Origin: Chitinophagaceae bacterium
Lineage (GTDB): Bacteria > Bacteroidota > Bacteroidia > Chitinophagales > Chitinophagaceae
Direction of reading: 5' to 3'
DNA: 38,745 bases
Assembly: GCA_036558585.1 (NCBI GenBank)
Contig: DATBFI010000337.1
Coordinates: forward strand, 1-38,745
Part shown: positions 18,468 to 27,327 of the stretch, in pieces
Layout: the number at the start of each line of letters is the position of its first letter
How positions within the stretch are numbered: the stretch's first letter is position 1
Notes under the pieces: generated by a model
The model's input: only the letters and a program-made list of their open reading frames with translations
The model's database searches: none
Told to the model about the DNA's origin: nothing
Position numbers and translations under genes: made by a program

Positions 18468-19115
18468 TCAATTAACTAATAGCATAGGAAGAGTATCCAT
18501 TATGATATTGTGCACCTTTTCTTTTACTTCCGCTACAACAGAAGAATACAACTTTGTAAAATCCGGAGCCAGCGCTTTGCTCTCCAGCGATGCCCATATC
18601 TCTTCTTTGCTAAAGCCGAGTTTAAGTAACGCAGGCGAAGGCATATTTATCTGCATTTCATCGGCTGTATTAACAACAGGTTTTCTAAAAGAGGGGGAAT
18701 ATATCTCCGTAATAAGACCGTAGCTATAAATTTCATTATGTTTTTTTATGATAAACTCTGTTATTCTTGTCTTCGCTCTTTTACTTTCTGTTGCAAATAC
18801 CAGTTGCAGCCAGTAGGGCAGCGTTGTTATGTACACATCCAAAACATTTTTTTGAATTTCATAGCCCCTTGATTTAAATGCCTTTCCAATTGCTTCACCA
18901 TTTTGTATAGCCCTGTTTACGCTGCATATTTCTTCATTCTGTTGCCATTCTTTATTTTTCATGGTAAGTGCGTACGTTCTCGTGATATGCAATTCATCCG
19001 TTAGCAATACTTCTCTAAGGTTGTCATCATCGCACAAGATCTGTACATCAATTTTTCCATATTTTTCTTCCAGCATTTCTGTATGAAGTTTGGTTGGTTT
19101 CATGGTTTGCATCAT
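18468..19115 (-). CDS. hypothetical cytoplasmic protein (no recognisable domain)
   Basis: 215-aa ORF with normal coding composition and no signal peptide or TM segment. It is separated from purU by 39 nt on the same strand. Which start to use among MMQTM is uncertain. Confidence 0.6.
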   Translation of the reverse strand: MMQTMKPTKLHTEMLEEKYGKIDVQILCDDDNLREVLLTDELHITRTYALTMKNKEWQQNEEICSVNRAIQNGEAIGKAFKSRGYEIQKNVLDVYITTLPYWLQLVFATESKRAKTRITEFIIKKHNEIYSYGLITEIYSPSFRKPVVNTADEMQINMPSPALLKLGFSKEEIWASLESKALAPDFTKLYSSVVAEVKEKVHNIIMDTLPMLLVN

Positions 19116-19222
19116 TCTTTATTTTTTTATGAGGCTATCTTTAGTGCTTGCCCCGGTGTTTTCAGAATTTTAGTTTGCTTTACAAAAATGATTGTTAGCG
19201 CAAAAGTTTTTTATTCCTGAAA

Positions 19223-19789
19223 GTGGTAAATCGTATCCCCATTTACGGGGAGAACCCTTTATATCCTCACGCATTGCGTAAATGGAATCATTGCGTGGAA
19301 GGCATTAGAGAGGTTGCAGGTTGGGCTAATGAGATGGGCATTATAATCGCTCTGCAAAATCACGCACCGGTTATTTCGCCCGGCTATGAAGATGCGCTTG
19401 TTATGATACAGGAAATTGATCGCACAAATGTAAAACTGTGTTTAGATGTGCCATTGTTTTACGACAGGCAGGAAGATGAATATGCTCGGGAGGCTGTACA
19501 AAAATGCGGAAAGCAAATTGTACATATGCATTATGGTGCGTGGAACTTCAGTAAAACAAATGGTGGTGAAATTATGTAGGATCCATCCTCCTTTTCAGCG
19601 TCGCTTGTTAATTACCAGGCGTTTATCGAAGAACTGCAACACATAGGGTACAGCGGTTATTTAACTTCTGAATATTGTTTACCCGCAGTAAGAAATCATA
19701 AAATAGCAGGAATTGAGGAAATAGATCATGCAACAGGTATATCACTTCATTATATGAAACAACTGGTTCATTGTTCCGTGCTATCATAA
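19223..19789 (+). pseudogene. sugar phosphate isomerase/epimerase (xylose-isomerase-like TIM barrel) remnant: 5'-truncated with an in-frame TAG
   Basis: The frame opens only after the TAG at 19196-19198. It reads ...GIIIALQNHAP...KLCLDVPLFYD...IVHMHYGAW...GGEIM, then TAG at 19577-19579. The same frame continues DPSSFSASLVNYQAFIEELQHIGYSGYLTSEYC... to TAA at 19787-19789. About 100 N-terminal residues expected for this fold have no room upstream, because only 107 nt separate it from the next gene. Confidence 0.6.
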
Positions 19790-20075
19790 CATACAACCGT
19801 TCGTTTGCATACAATAATAATAATGCACAGAATAAAAGCTCAATTAATTCCAGCCTTTATTCAATTTAAAATTTAGCAATTATTACAATTGATCATATTG
19901 GTTTTTGCAAAATCCGCATAGATGCCCCATATAACTGATCCCTTTTTGCGTTTTGATTCATTTTTTATGGCTGGAGATTTGTACTGGCAAATTCTGCGGT
20001 GTTCCAAAAACCGTATAGCAAAAACCAATTAGAGAACCCTTTGCCGCGGAAATAGATTTGTGTATTCAAAAGATT

Positions 20076-20483
20076 ATGAAAACAAATCTCGTTAACCCCG
20101 CTTACCAGGAGAATCTGAACTTCCAAAATTCATGGACTGCAAACAATACCTGTAATGATTTCCTGGAAAATTTATATAAGATCATCGAAGATAATTTTGA
20201 CACCCCTTTCTTAACTGTTGGATTTTTAGCTACCAACCTGGCTATAAGCAAAAGCACTTTAAACAGGAAATTGTCAAGTATTATCGGGTTATCTGCCAAT
20301 GAATTAATAAGACAATACAGGCTAAAAAGAGCTGCCATATTTCTTCGGTCCGGGAAGAATGTATCAGAAACCGCTTATCTCAGCGGTTTTGAAACACCCT
20401 CCTATTTCACTCAATGTTTTAAAGAATTCTATAAGGTAACCCCGAAAGAATATTCTAAATGCACTTTGTTTGCTATTTTTTAA
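20076..20483 (+). CDS. stand-alone AraC-family HTH domain protein (possible remnant of a larger regulator)
   Basis: ORF 20058-20483, with an ATG at 20076 (MKTNLV). Residues about 45-135 (LATNLAISKSTLNRKLSSIIGLSANELIRQYRLKRAAIFL...TAYLSGFETPSYFTQCFKEFYKVTPKEY) form a complete HTH_18/AraC double HTH. There is no ligand-binding or receiver domain. Confidence 0.7.
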   Translation: MKTNLVNPAYQENLNFQNSWTANNTCNDFLENLYKIIEDNFDTPFLTVGFLATNLAISKSTLNRKLSSIIGLSANELIRQYRLKRAAIFLRSGKNVSETAYLSGFETPSYFTQCFKEFYKVTPKEYSKCTLFAIF

Positions 20484-21328
20484 TAGTAATAATTCTGCAA
20501 ATACTTTAATTAGCGCGGGCAGATTACAGGTGTGCTTATGTTATTTAATGTCTGATTTGGATATATATAAATCCAAATTATCCTCTTCCCGTATGTATGT
20601 GCGATACCTTTATTCTTTCCTTTTTATAAGAGGCTTTTGGTTATCAAAATATATGGTAAGTTAAATTCGGGCAAAGAAATAGCTCTGGTATACATCATCA
20701 ATTGAAAAGCCACTGATGTATTACCAGGGCTTTTTTATTCTCTATACCTCTATATTATATGTTGATAACATTGTATAGAAAGTGGATAATACTTTGACAG
20801 TTCAAAAATATTTTTCCCTATTTTAGTTTTTTAATTACCCAAAACCTGAAATCCATGTTCTTACAAATTAATGAGCCCTACCTCCTGAAAAGGCAATTTG
20901 AAAAGGTCTATATGAAAGACAAGGAGGGTAAGTATAGTACCTTTTACTATAAGCAGGGAATTTATCTTCATTTTTTTAATCATGGCTATTACGATGTTTA
21001 CAGCAATGAAATGAACCTTATTGCTACCGTTAATAATTTTTACCACCTTGAAATATTAATGGTGGCTATCAGTTATCCATTGGGCATGAATTGATTTTAT
21101 ATCAAAAGAATGATAACGTGACCTTTACAGCTTTTTAAGCGAACCCATATTTTCGAAGACTTATACTTACTGCACAAGATATTCTCCATTTAGATTTCAG
21201 GTATTAAATACTTTTATTATCTCCTGCTAACAAAGTTTTAAATTTCTGCTGAATGCGCCGGCGCTGAAGGATATACTTCATTGGATGATTAAATAATCTT
21301 AGTTTGCAATCAGAAATAAACCTCAAAG

Positions 21329-22684
21329 ATGTTGGCGCGAAGAGTGATAATGTACCCTTTCACGGCGTTTTTAGTTCTTATAACAGCCGCAACATGTTAT
21401 GCCCAGGATGCATCGTGGCTAAAAAGAACCTGGGAAGGAAGAGCATATTTGTTAGGCGCTAATCCTGAAAATTATAACCTGGAACTTACCGTCTACAGTG
21501 TAAAGGGGAAGAATTTTGAGGGTGTTATGAAAACCATCCAGCCTTCAGATCCTTCTATCCATTTTGATACAAAGATTTCAGGCACCGTTCGTGACCGGCA
21601 GGTTGTTATCAATATCGGTACGTGGAAAGTAAAGTGTAATACCTGCAAACCGCAAACGCTGGGATATTCAATTGAAAGTGGAAGATTCTTTTTAAAGGGC
21701 GAGGCCAAGGGCTGCTCCATTGAATGCACCTGGATCGCTGAATTTTCAGAGGAAATAGACAAGTTTAACGGGTCACAAAAAGACGAACTATATGCTTTGG
21801 CAGAAGAGCAAGCTCCTGAAACAGATACTGCCGCAGTAGTGCAAAATACTAAACCTGTGGTTTCGCCTGTCGAAACTACTTTACCCACAGAAAGAATTCC
21901 CCTGTTGCCTGCCGGCAGCGTTGCTGTTATTGAACACAATACTGCTTTACAGGTAACACAAAAGCCACCCGCATCATTAGATAAAACCCTTTCAATATCA
22001 ATACCGCAGAATGCTCCGCCGGAGCAGAGGACCGCTGTTTTACCTGCCGGTGATATTGCCACATCAGGCCATGATACAACTTTACAACTATCGCAAAAAA
22101 CTTCGGCATCGTTAGATAAAACCCTTTCAGTATCAATACCACAGAATGCTCCACCCGAACAAAGAGTCGCTGTTTTAGCCGCCGGCAGCATTGTTTCATC
22201 CGAACACCATACTGTATCGGGCGCTCCGCAGAAACCACCCGGCGCTTTGCCTGATAAAAATTCTTCTCTAACAATAAAGAAAAATACGCCTGTGTCAGTA
22301 AAAAAATCCCTCGATACTGCTTCAGCATTGCCGGAAGGTTATGCAGAAAGAAAAAAGAATGTAATAAGAACTTTAATAGTAAATACAGATTCAATTCTTT
22401 TGAGAGTATATGATAATGGCGTTGTGGATGGAGATATAGCATCTGTCATTTATAATGACAGGGTTGTTGTTGACAAACTTTCCTTAACATCACGTGCTTT
22501 GGAAATAAAAATTCCCGTAAGTAAGTCCGGGATAAATACATTGGTTTTTCATGCACATAATTTGGGCGAATTTCCTCCTAACACTGCCAAACTTGAAATC
22601 CTTTATGGCAATAAAAGAGAAGAGCTGACCGTTTCTTCCGATCTTACAGTCAGCAGCACAATTGACATTGAATACAGGCAATAG
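21329..22684 (+). CDS. secreted hypothetical protein: Cys-containing N-domain, Pro/Thr linker, 45-aa tandem repeats, conserved C-terminal beta-rich domain
   Basis: 451 aa with signal peptide MLARRVIMYPFTAFLVLITAATCYAQ. The N-domain carries CNTC and CSIEC pairs. There are 2.7 copies of the unit (V/L)L(P/A)AG...LDKTLS(I/V)SIPQNAPPEQR. The C-terminal segment LRVYDNGVVDGDIASVIYNDRVV...NTLVFHAHNLGEFPPNTAKLEI matches no family I can name with confidence. Confidence 0.75.
   Translation: MLARRVIMYPFTAFLVLITAATCYAQDASWLKRTWEGRAYLLGANPENYNLELTVYSVKGKNFEGVMKTIQPSDPSIHFDTKISGTVRDRQVVINIGTWKVKCNTCKPQTLGYSIESGRFFLKGEAKGCSIECTWIAEFSEEIDKFNGSQKDELYALAEEQAPETDTAAVVQNTKPVVSPVETTLPTERIPLLPAGSVAVIEHNTALQVTQKPPASLDKTLSISIPQNAPPEQRTAVLPAGDIATSGHDTTLQLSQKTSASLDKTLSVSIPQNAPPEQRVAVLAAGSIVSSEHHTVSGAPQKPPGALPDKNSSLTIKKNTPVSVKKSLDTASALPEGYAERKKNVIRTLIVNTDSILLRVYDNGVVDGDIASVIYNDRVVVDKLSLTSRALEIKIPVSKSGINTLVFHAHNLGEFPPNTAKLEILYGNKREELTVSSDLTVSSTIDIEYRQ
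21887..22276 (+). repeat. in-frame 135-nt tandem repeat (about 2.7 copies) inside CDS 21329-22684
   Basis: The repeat anchors LLPAG (aa 192), VLPAG (aa 237) and VLAAG (aa 282) are spaced exactly 45 aa apart. The segment ttagataaaaccctttca(a/g)tatcaatacc(g/a)cagaatgctcc(g/a)cc is nearly identical in copies 1 and 2. Confidence 0.8.
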
Positions 22685-22720
22685 CTTTTTCTTTACTGTT
22701 CCTCATGAGCCGATAAAGTG

Positions 22721-23311
22721 TCACAGCTTTTTTATGCTATAGATATAAACAAGAGGATCAAGTTCGCCATCATTTTCCGGGGCATCGTAAATACTTCTTA
22801 CAACGTCCATGCCTTTTACAACCTTGCCAAACGCTGCATAGCCCTGCCCGTCAGCATTATTTGCTCCGCCATAATCAAACCCGGGCTGATCACCCACACA
22901 AATAAAAAATTCGGTATTTGCTGTTCCCGGCGCTTGTCTTGCCAGGGAGATCACACCATTTTTGTGCAAAATTTTTGTTTGTTGTGTTGTCTCATGTGGA
23001 ATGCCGCGGAGCGAAGCAGAGAGCTTGTAATTTGTTTTCCATATTCCGCCCTGTATCAATTCTGCTTTAGGGGCATCCATGGGTTGTTCATCATCCCGAA
23101 GTACCCTGTAAAAGGCCGCATTCCTGTAATAACCTGAATCAATATAAGATAAAAATGCCGCTACACTTTTTGGCGCCTGGTCAGGAAATAATTCCACCTC
23201 TATATCTCCAAATTTTGTTTCCATTCTTACATGCGGATTTTTATACTTTGGCGCGCACCCGATCAAGATGCAAAGGGAGCATATCAATAAATTCCGGTAT
23301 AACATATTCAT
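22721..23311 (-). CDS. cyclophilin-type peptidyl-prolyl cis-trans isomerase, lipoprotein
   Basis: 196 aa with the lipobox-like LCILIGC. FYRVLRDD...IQGG, GVISLARQAPGTANTEFFICVGDQP and YAAFGKVVKGMDVV are cyclophilin signatures. Confidence 0.9.
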   Translation of the reverse strand: MNMLYRNLLICSLCILIGCAPKYKNPHVRMETKFGDIEVELFPDQAPKSVAAFLSYIDSGYYRNAAFYRVLRDDEQPMDAPKAELIQGGIWKTNYKLSASLRGIPHETTQQTKILHKNGVISLARQAPGTANTEFFICVGDQPGFDYGGANNADGQGYAAFGKVVKGMDVVRSIYDAPENDGELDPLVYIYSIKKL

Positions 23312-23380
23312 TTTTTAAAGAAAAGCCGCATTACAAAATTGATGCAACAAAATAAATGCTAAACGATCGCCAGGATTGAG

Positions 23381-23662
23381 TTATAATTTTACAACCAGTT
23401 CATTATATTCAGGATGACGTTTTATATACATTGCCGTATAAGGGCAATAGACTAATATTTTTAAATGCTCTTTTTTTGCGTATTCCAAAACATGCTTAAC
23501 CATCAGAGCAGCTATACCCTTTCCCTCATATTCTTTTGGCACTTCTGTATGCATTATTGCCAGATCTCCCTTGCGCCACCTGTAGTCTACAAAAGCATAT
23601 TCTCCGTTAAGCGTCACTTCAAATCTGGATCTTTCTTTATTATTTACAATATTATATTCCAT
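23381..23662 (-). CDS. small GNAT-like N-acetyltransferase (single-domain YjdJ/Acetyltransf_CG type)
   Basis: ORF 23381-23722. The ATG at 23662 gives a 93-aa protein. RFEVTLNGEYAFVDY...MHTEVPKEYEGKGIAALMVKHVLEYAKKEHLKILVYCPYTAMYIKRHPEY matches the mini-GNAT family pattern (HTEVP..GKGIA...CP(F/Y)...HPEY). Confidence 0.75.
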   Translation of the reverse strand: MEYNIVNNKERSRFEVTLNGEYAFVDYRWRKGDLAIMHTEVPKEYEGKGIAALMVKHVLEYAKKEHLKILVYCPYTAMYIKRHPEYNELVVKL

Positions 23663-23809
23663 GGCTGAATAAATTTTTTCTATTGCATTCAATCTTTCAA
23701 ATTTAACCATTTGTGATCGCACTTCATTTTAGTAATCAACTGTCTTAAAAGAATACAAGGCTTATAATACATAATTTTGCTTCCGGTTATAGTCCCTAAA
23801 AATCTGAAC

Positions 23810-24589
23810 ATGAAACCCATTATCAGTTTAAAGAACCTTTATAAAAACTATGGTTCCAGGCCGGTGCTAAAAGGAATCGACATCCAAATCTATCCCGGCC
23901 AGGTCATTGGCTATATAGGTCCAAACGGTGCCGGAAAAAGCACTACAGTAAAAATCCTTTGCGGATTAATTACTGACTACGAAGGGCAGGTATACGTAAA
24001 AGATATGAATTTGCGTGATCATCTTGTTGAAGTAAAACGTAATATAGGTTATGTACCTGAACTGGCCGAATTATATGATGTGCTTACCCCTATAGAGTTT
24101 TTGAGCATGATGGCTGAGCTGTATAACATGAATAAAGATATAGCCCTGGAGCGGATAACTAAAATGCTTGCAGCATTTGGGCTTACAAACAATATGAACG
24201 ACAGGATGGACACATTCAGCAAAGGCATGCGTCAAAAAGTACTTATCATCTCAGGACTTTTACACAATCCGGATATTATTATTCTTGATGAGCCATTAAG
24301 TGGTTTAGATGCAAACAGCGTGATTATTGTAAAAGAATTATTAAGTAAGCTGGCGAAAGATGGAAAAACAATTTTCTATTGCAGCCATATGATGGATGTA
24401 GTTGAAAAAGTGAGCGACAGAATAATACTTATTAATGAGGGATCGGTAATCGCTGATGGGACCTTCGACGAATTAAAACAACAGCAGGGCGATAAAAGTC
24501 TTGAAAAAATATTTGCAAATCTTACCGCAAAAGATTCTTTAAGCACTGCTGCAGACCAACTCATTAATGCATTTAATTACCCCAATTAA
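23810..24589 (+). CDS. ABC transporter ATP-binding protein
   Basis: Walker A is GPNGAGKST, the signature is FSKGMRQK, Walker B is IIILDEPLSGLD and the H-loop is CSHMMD. The ATG at 23810 (MKPIISLKNL) is preferred over the ORF start at 23777. Confidence 0.9.
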   Translation: MKPIISLKNLYKNYGSRPVLKGIDIQIYPGQVIGYIGPNGAGKSTTVKILCGLITDYEGQVYVKDMNLRDHLVEVKRNIGYVPELAELYDVLTPIEFLSMMAELYNMNKDIALERITKMLAAFGLTNNMNDRMDTFSKGMRQKVLIISGLLHNPDIIILDEPLSGLDANSVIIVKELLSKLAKDGKTIFYCSHMMDVVEKVSDRIILINEGSVIADGTFDELKQQQGDKSLEKIFANLTAKDSLSTAADQLINAFNYPN

Positions 24590-24651
24590 TTAAAAAATCT
24601 AAAGCCTTACGACTTTAGAACCTGTATACTTTATTCACTATCTCTCCCGAC

Positions 24652-26358
24652 ATGAACTTTATAAACGCTGCCTTATTACGGTTTGTACTTATACCTTCTG
24701 CCTTATACAGAAAAATTGGTGTTAACACGCAACAGCTCAAAGTTATTCTTAATGCCAAACTTATTATGGATGACAGAAGGCCAAATACTTTTCAGCAAAT
24801 AAAAAAGAGCCGAAATAATAAGCCGATACGTTTTGCAACATTAGGAACTATGTTATTATCCGCCTTGATGGGATTGCTATTCCTTATCAGCTTTATGTTT
24901 GGCAAAAGCTATGAAACAAAACTCACGATCTATTTTTCTTTTTATGTAATTACACTTGCCTCGATTCTTATTGCGGATTTTACAGGTGTATTAATTGATG
25001 TACGCGACAATTTCATCATTCTTCCAAAACCTGTAAGCGATAAAACTTTCGTAGTTTCAAGACTGCTCCACATTTTTATCCATGTATGCAAGCTTGTAAT
25101 ACCAATGATCCTTCCTGCGATTGTTTTCCTTATCCTAAACAAAGGCGTTATTAGTATAATTCCTTTTCTTTTTGTCACACTAATGGCAACATTATTCATT
25201 ATCTTTCTCATTAATGCATGTTATATATTAATTCTTAAACTTACAACGCCGTCAAAGTTTCAAAGCATTATCAGTTATATTCAAATAGCATTTGCCATTT
25301 TATTTTATGCAGGCTATCAACTCGTACCAAGATTGATGGATGAGATATCCATTTCGCAATACGAAATAAGCGAATATGCAGGGATTATTCTTTTACCTAC
25401 TTACTGGTTTGCAGGTGCATGGCAACAATTGTATGGTTGGGATAACACGCTTCAACTGTGGCTGTGTCTTACACTAACCATTATGGTGCCTTTATTGAGC
25501 ATATGGATTGTTATAAAATATTTTGCACCCTCCTTTAACCAAAAACTCTCAATGATAACAGGTAGTACTGGTGAATTTTTAAACACTGATAAACCTGCAA
25601 AAAAGAATGCATCATCTTTTTACAGTAGTATGTTGTCAAAGTTGTTTACAAAAAAAGGTGTAGAAAGAATAAGCTTTTTATTCACGTGGAAAATGATGTT
25701 GCGCAGCAGCGATTTTAAAATGAAGGTTTACCCGGCAATTGGATATATAGTTGTTGTTATTGTTGCAACGCTGATAAGAGATAAAACTTTTTCTTTTGCA
25801 GATGTAGCTTCCCAAACTAAACACGGTATTTTTTATACGCTTGCCCTTATTTACTGTAGCAACCTGTTACTTATTGCAGCACTTGGTCAAATTACTATGT
25901 ATGAAAAATATAAGGCAGCGTGGATATTTTTTATAACACCGGTCGCTCATCCGGGCAAACTGATAAGCGGTTCAATAAAAGCAGCTATTGCACAATTTTT
26001 CTTTCCCTTGGTTCTGGCTATTTTTATTTTTATCACATCACTTGCCGGACCGATTGCAATTCCAAACCTTTTATTGGGCATTGCCAATGAACTTCTTGTC
26101 ACTGCCATCGCAGCTTATATGGGCGTAAGTAAACTACCTTTTTCTTCTCCACAACAAATTGATTCCGGAAATACGATTCGTGTATTAGCCGCGATGACTT
26201 TAGGTATTGTGGTTGCCTTTATACATTACCTGCTGTATCGCATTATAGTTTTTGTCTCAATATTTGCAGCGCTCTCTTTTGTCGCCTCCTGGTATATTTT
26301 TAATGCCGTGAGTAATTTATCATGGCAGAAAATATATCGCACCTATAACGAAATATAA
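24652..26358 (+). CDS. polytopic membrane protein, putative permease partner of the adjacent ABC ATPase
   Basis: 568 aa with at least 10 hydrophobic segments. It starts 62 nt downstream of the ATPase gene on the same strand. There is no recognisable ABC-2 or FtsX motif. It possibly belongs to the poorly characterised 'putative ABC exporter' type. Confidence 0.8.
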   Translation: MNFINAALLRFVLIPSALYRKIGVNTQQLKVILNAKLIMDDRRPNTFQQIKKSRNNKPIRFATLGTMLLSALMGLLFLISFMFGKSYETKLTIYFSFYVITLASILIADFTGVLIDVRDNFIILPKPVSDKTFVVSRLLHIFIHVCKLVIPMILPAIVFLILNKGVISIIPFLFVTLMATLFIIFLINACYILILKLTTPSKFQSIISYIQIAFAILFYAGYQLVPRLMDEISISQYEISEYAGIILLPTYWFAGAWQQLYGWDNTLQLWLCLTLTIMVPLLSIWIVIKYFAPSFNQKLSMITGSTGEFLNTDKPAKKNASSFYSSMLSKLFTKKGVERISFLFTWKMMLRSSDFKMKVYPAIGYIVVVIVATLIRDKTFSFADVASQTKHGIFYTLALIYCSNLLLIAALGQITMYEKYKAAWIFFITPVAHPGKLISGSIKAAIAQFFFPLVLAIFIFITSLAGPIAIPNLLLGIANELLVTAIAAYMGVSKLPFSSPQQIDSGNTIRVLAAMTLGIVVAFIHYLLYRIIVFVSIFAALSFVASWYIFNAVSNLSWQKIYRTYNEI

Positions 26359-26427
26359 CCAGTCAGCATATTGGATTCAAAAATATACATCGTTTGGCAC
26401 CACGAGAAATGTCTAAAAAAAACTTCA

Positions 26428-26457
26428 TAAAAAAAACAGGTGGTAAAAACCACCCGT
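26428..26457 (-). terminator. intrinsic terminator downstream of 26510-26938
   Basis: The minus strand reads cgggtggtttttaccacctg followed by tttttttt. The stem is ggtgg (26439-26443) with ccacc (26450-26454). The A-run on the plus strand spans 26428-26436. Confidence 0.5.
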
Positions 26458-26509
26458 TGCACATGAGAAAAACTGATAGTAAATTTTGATGACGCAATAA
26501 GCCTATGGA

Positions 26510-26938
26510 TCACTTCTTAAAATGCTCTTCAAGTGTAATACTTCCTGAGGGTGTTACCGCAATACCATACCAGCTTTTTGCATCCTCTAACCTTAAATGA
26601 TAGGCAATATTATCCTGGGTTGATTCCTCTGTAACCCCGGAAATCTTCTTATCTGCAAATCTTTCTCTCACTGCCAGCAGAATAGAAACAGGCAGGTTCT
26701 CTTCTTTATAATAGCGCAATGCGTAAATAAAATCGCCCTGCGGATCATATACTACTTTAGCTTGAATGCCAAATTGAGTGAAGCTTACAAAATACCCTTT
26801 TGCGTCTTCACTCCACTTTACATTTTCTGCCAAGGGGAATGCCTTATTGAATGAGTATAAAAGTTTTTCATTCCCATTTGCAAATACCATTAGGGTGAAC
26901 ACAAAGAGCGCAATTAAAAGAGCAAATAACTTTTTCAT
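26510..26938 (-). CDS. small secreted protein, PepSY-like/beta-lactamase-inhibitor-like fold (tentative)
   Basis: 142 aa with signal peptide MKKLFALLIALFVFTLMVFA. Two repeated halves show the pattern FNKAFPLAENVKWSED...YFVSF and LPVSILLAVRERFADKKISGVTEE...AYHLRLED, as in PepSY_like proteins. Confidence 0.55.
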   Translation of the reverse strand: MKKLFALLIALFVFTLMVFANGNEKLLYSFNKAFPLAENVKWSEDAKGYFVSFTQFGIQAKVVYDPQGDFIYALRYYKEENLPVSILLAVRERFADKKISGVTEESTQDNIAYHLRLEDAKSWYGIAVTPSGSITLEEHFKK

Positions 26939-27273
26939 ATACTTCTTTTTAGTTTTAAAATATACTTGTTACTTAAACAGGATTTATCATTTAGTACTAA
27001 GGAGATAAAATGTGTTTTTCATACATCAAAAATAGAATACGCATGTTATTAATAAAAATCATTGTTTTAATTATTTAGATGAAAAATACTAATACATTTT
27101 GGGAATTAAAATCGTTTGATTTTGTTACACAAATTTCCATCAGCTGCATTATTATCCCAACCCGATACTTGCTTTTTGTTTATGTACTTCGTTCTTAAGT
27201 GACATTTTTTTTATGTTCTTTTGCGCTTAAGCAACCACTTAAAATTTTCTTTGCGGTTCAGGCCGCAACAAAT

Positions 27274-27306
27274 AAAAAAAGCTTCCTGTGAATGACAGAA
27301 AGCTTT
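27274..27306 (-). terminator. intrinsic terminator of the glutamate dehydrogenase gene
   Basis: The minus strand reads aaagctttctgt-cattc-acaggaagcttt followed by tttttta. The 12-bp stem has one mismatch. It begins 22 nt after the gdh stop. A second hairpin, ttgcgg/ccgcaa, sits at 27251-27268. Confidence 0.6.
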
Positions 27307-27327
27307 TCCTGAAATAATATTTTACTC

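Noticed and set aside
20470-21094. Small ORFs (64, 79 and 61 codons) in the AT-rich gap after the AraC gene
   Set aside because: They have the low-complexity, Tyr/Phe/Asn/Lys-rich translations typical of random ORFs in AT-rich DNA. They overlap each other on both strands and show no motifs.
21493-22191. 232-aa ORF on the minus strand, plus a 171-aa ORF at 21927-22442
   Set aside because: Both are antisense to the well-supported signal-peptide-bearing gene 21329-22684. They are held open by the tandem-repeat composition, lack any recognisable motif and show Cys/Ser/Phe-rich shadow-frame composition.
21887-22276. Tandem repeats checked as a possible CRISPR array
   Set aside because: The units are contiguous 135-nt in-frame coding repeats with no unique spacers. 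No cas genes or short palindromic repeat-spacer periodicity occur anywhere in the window.
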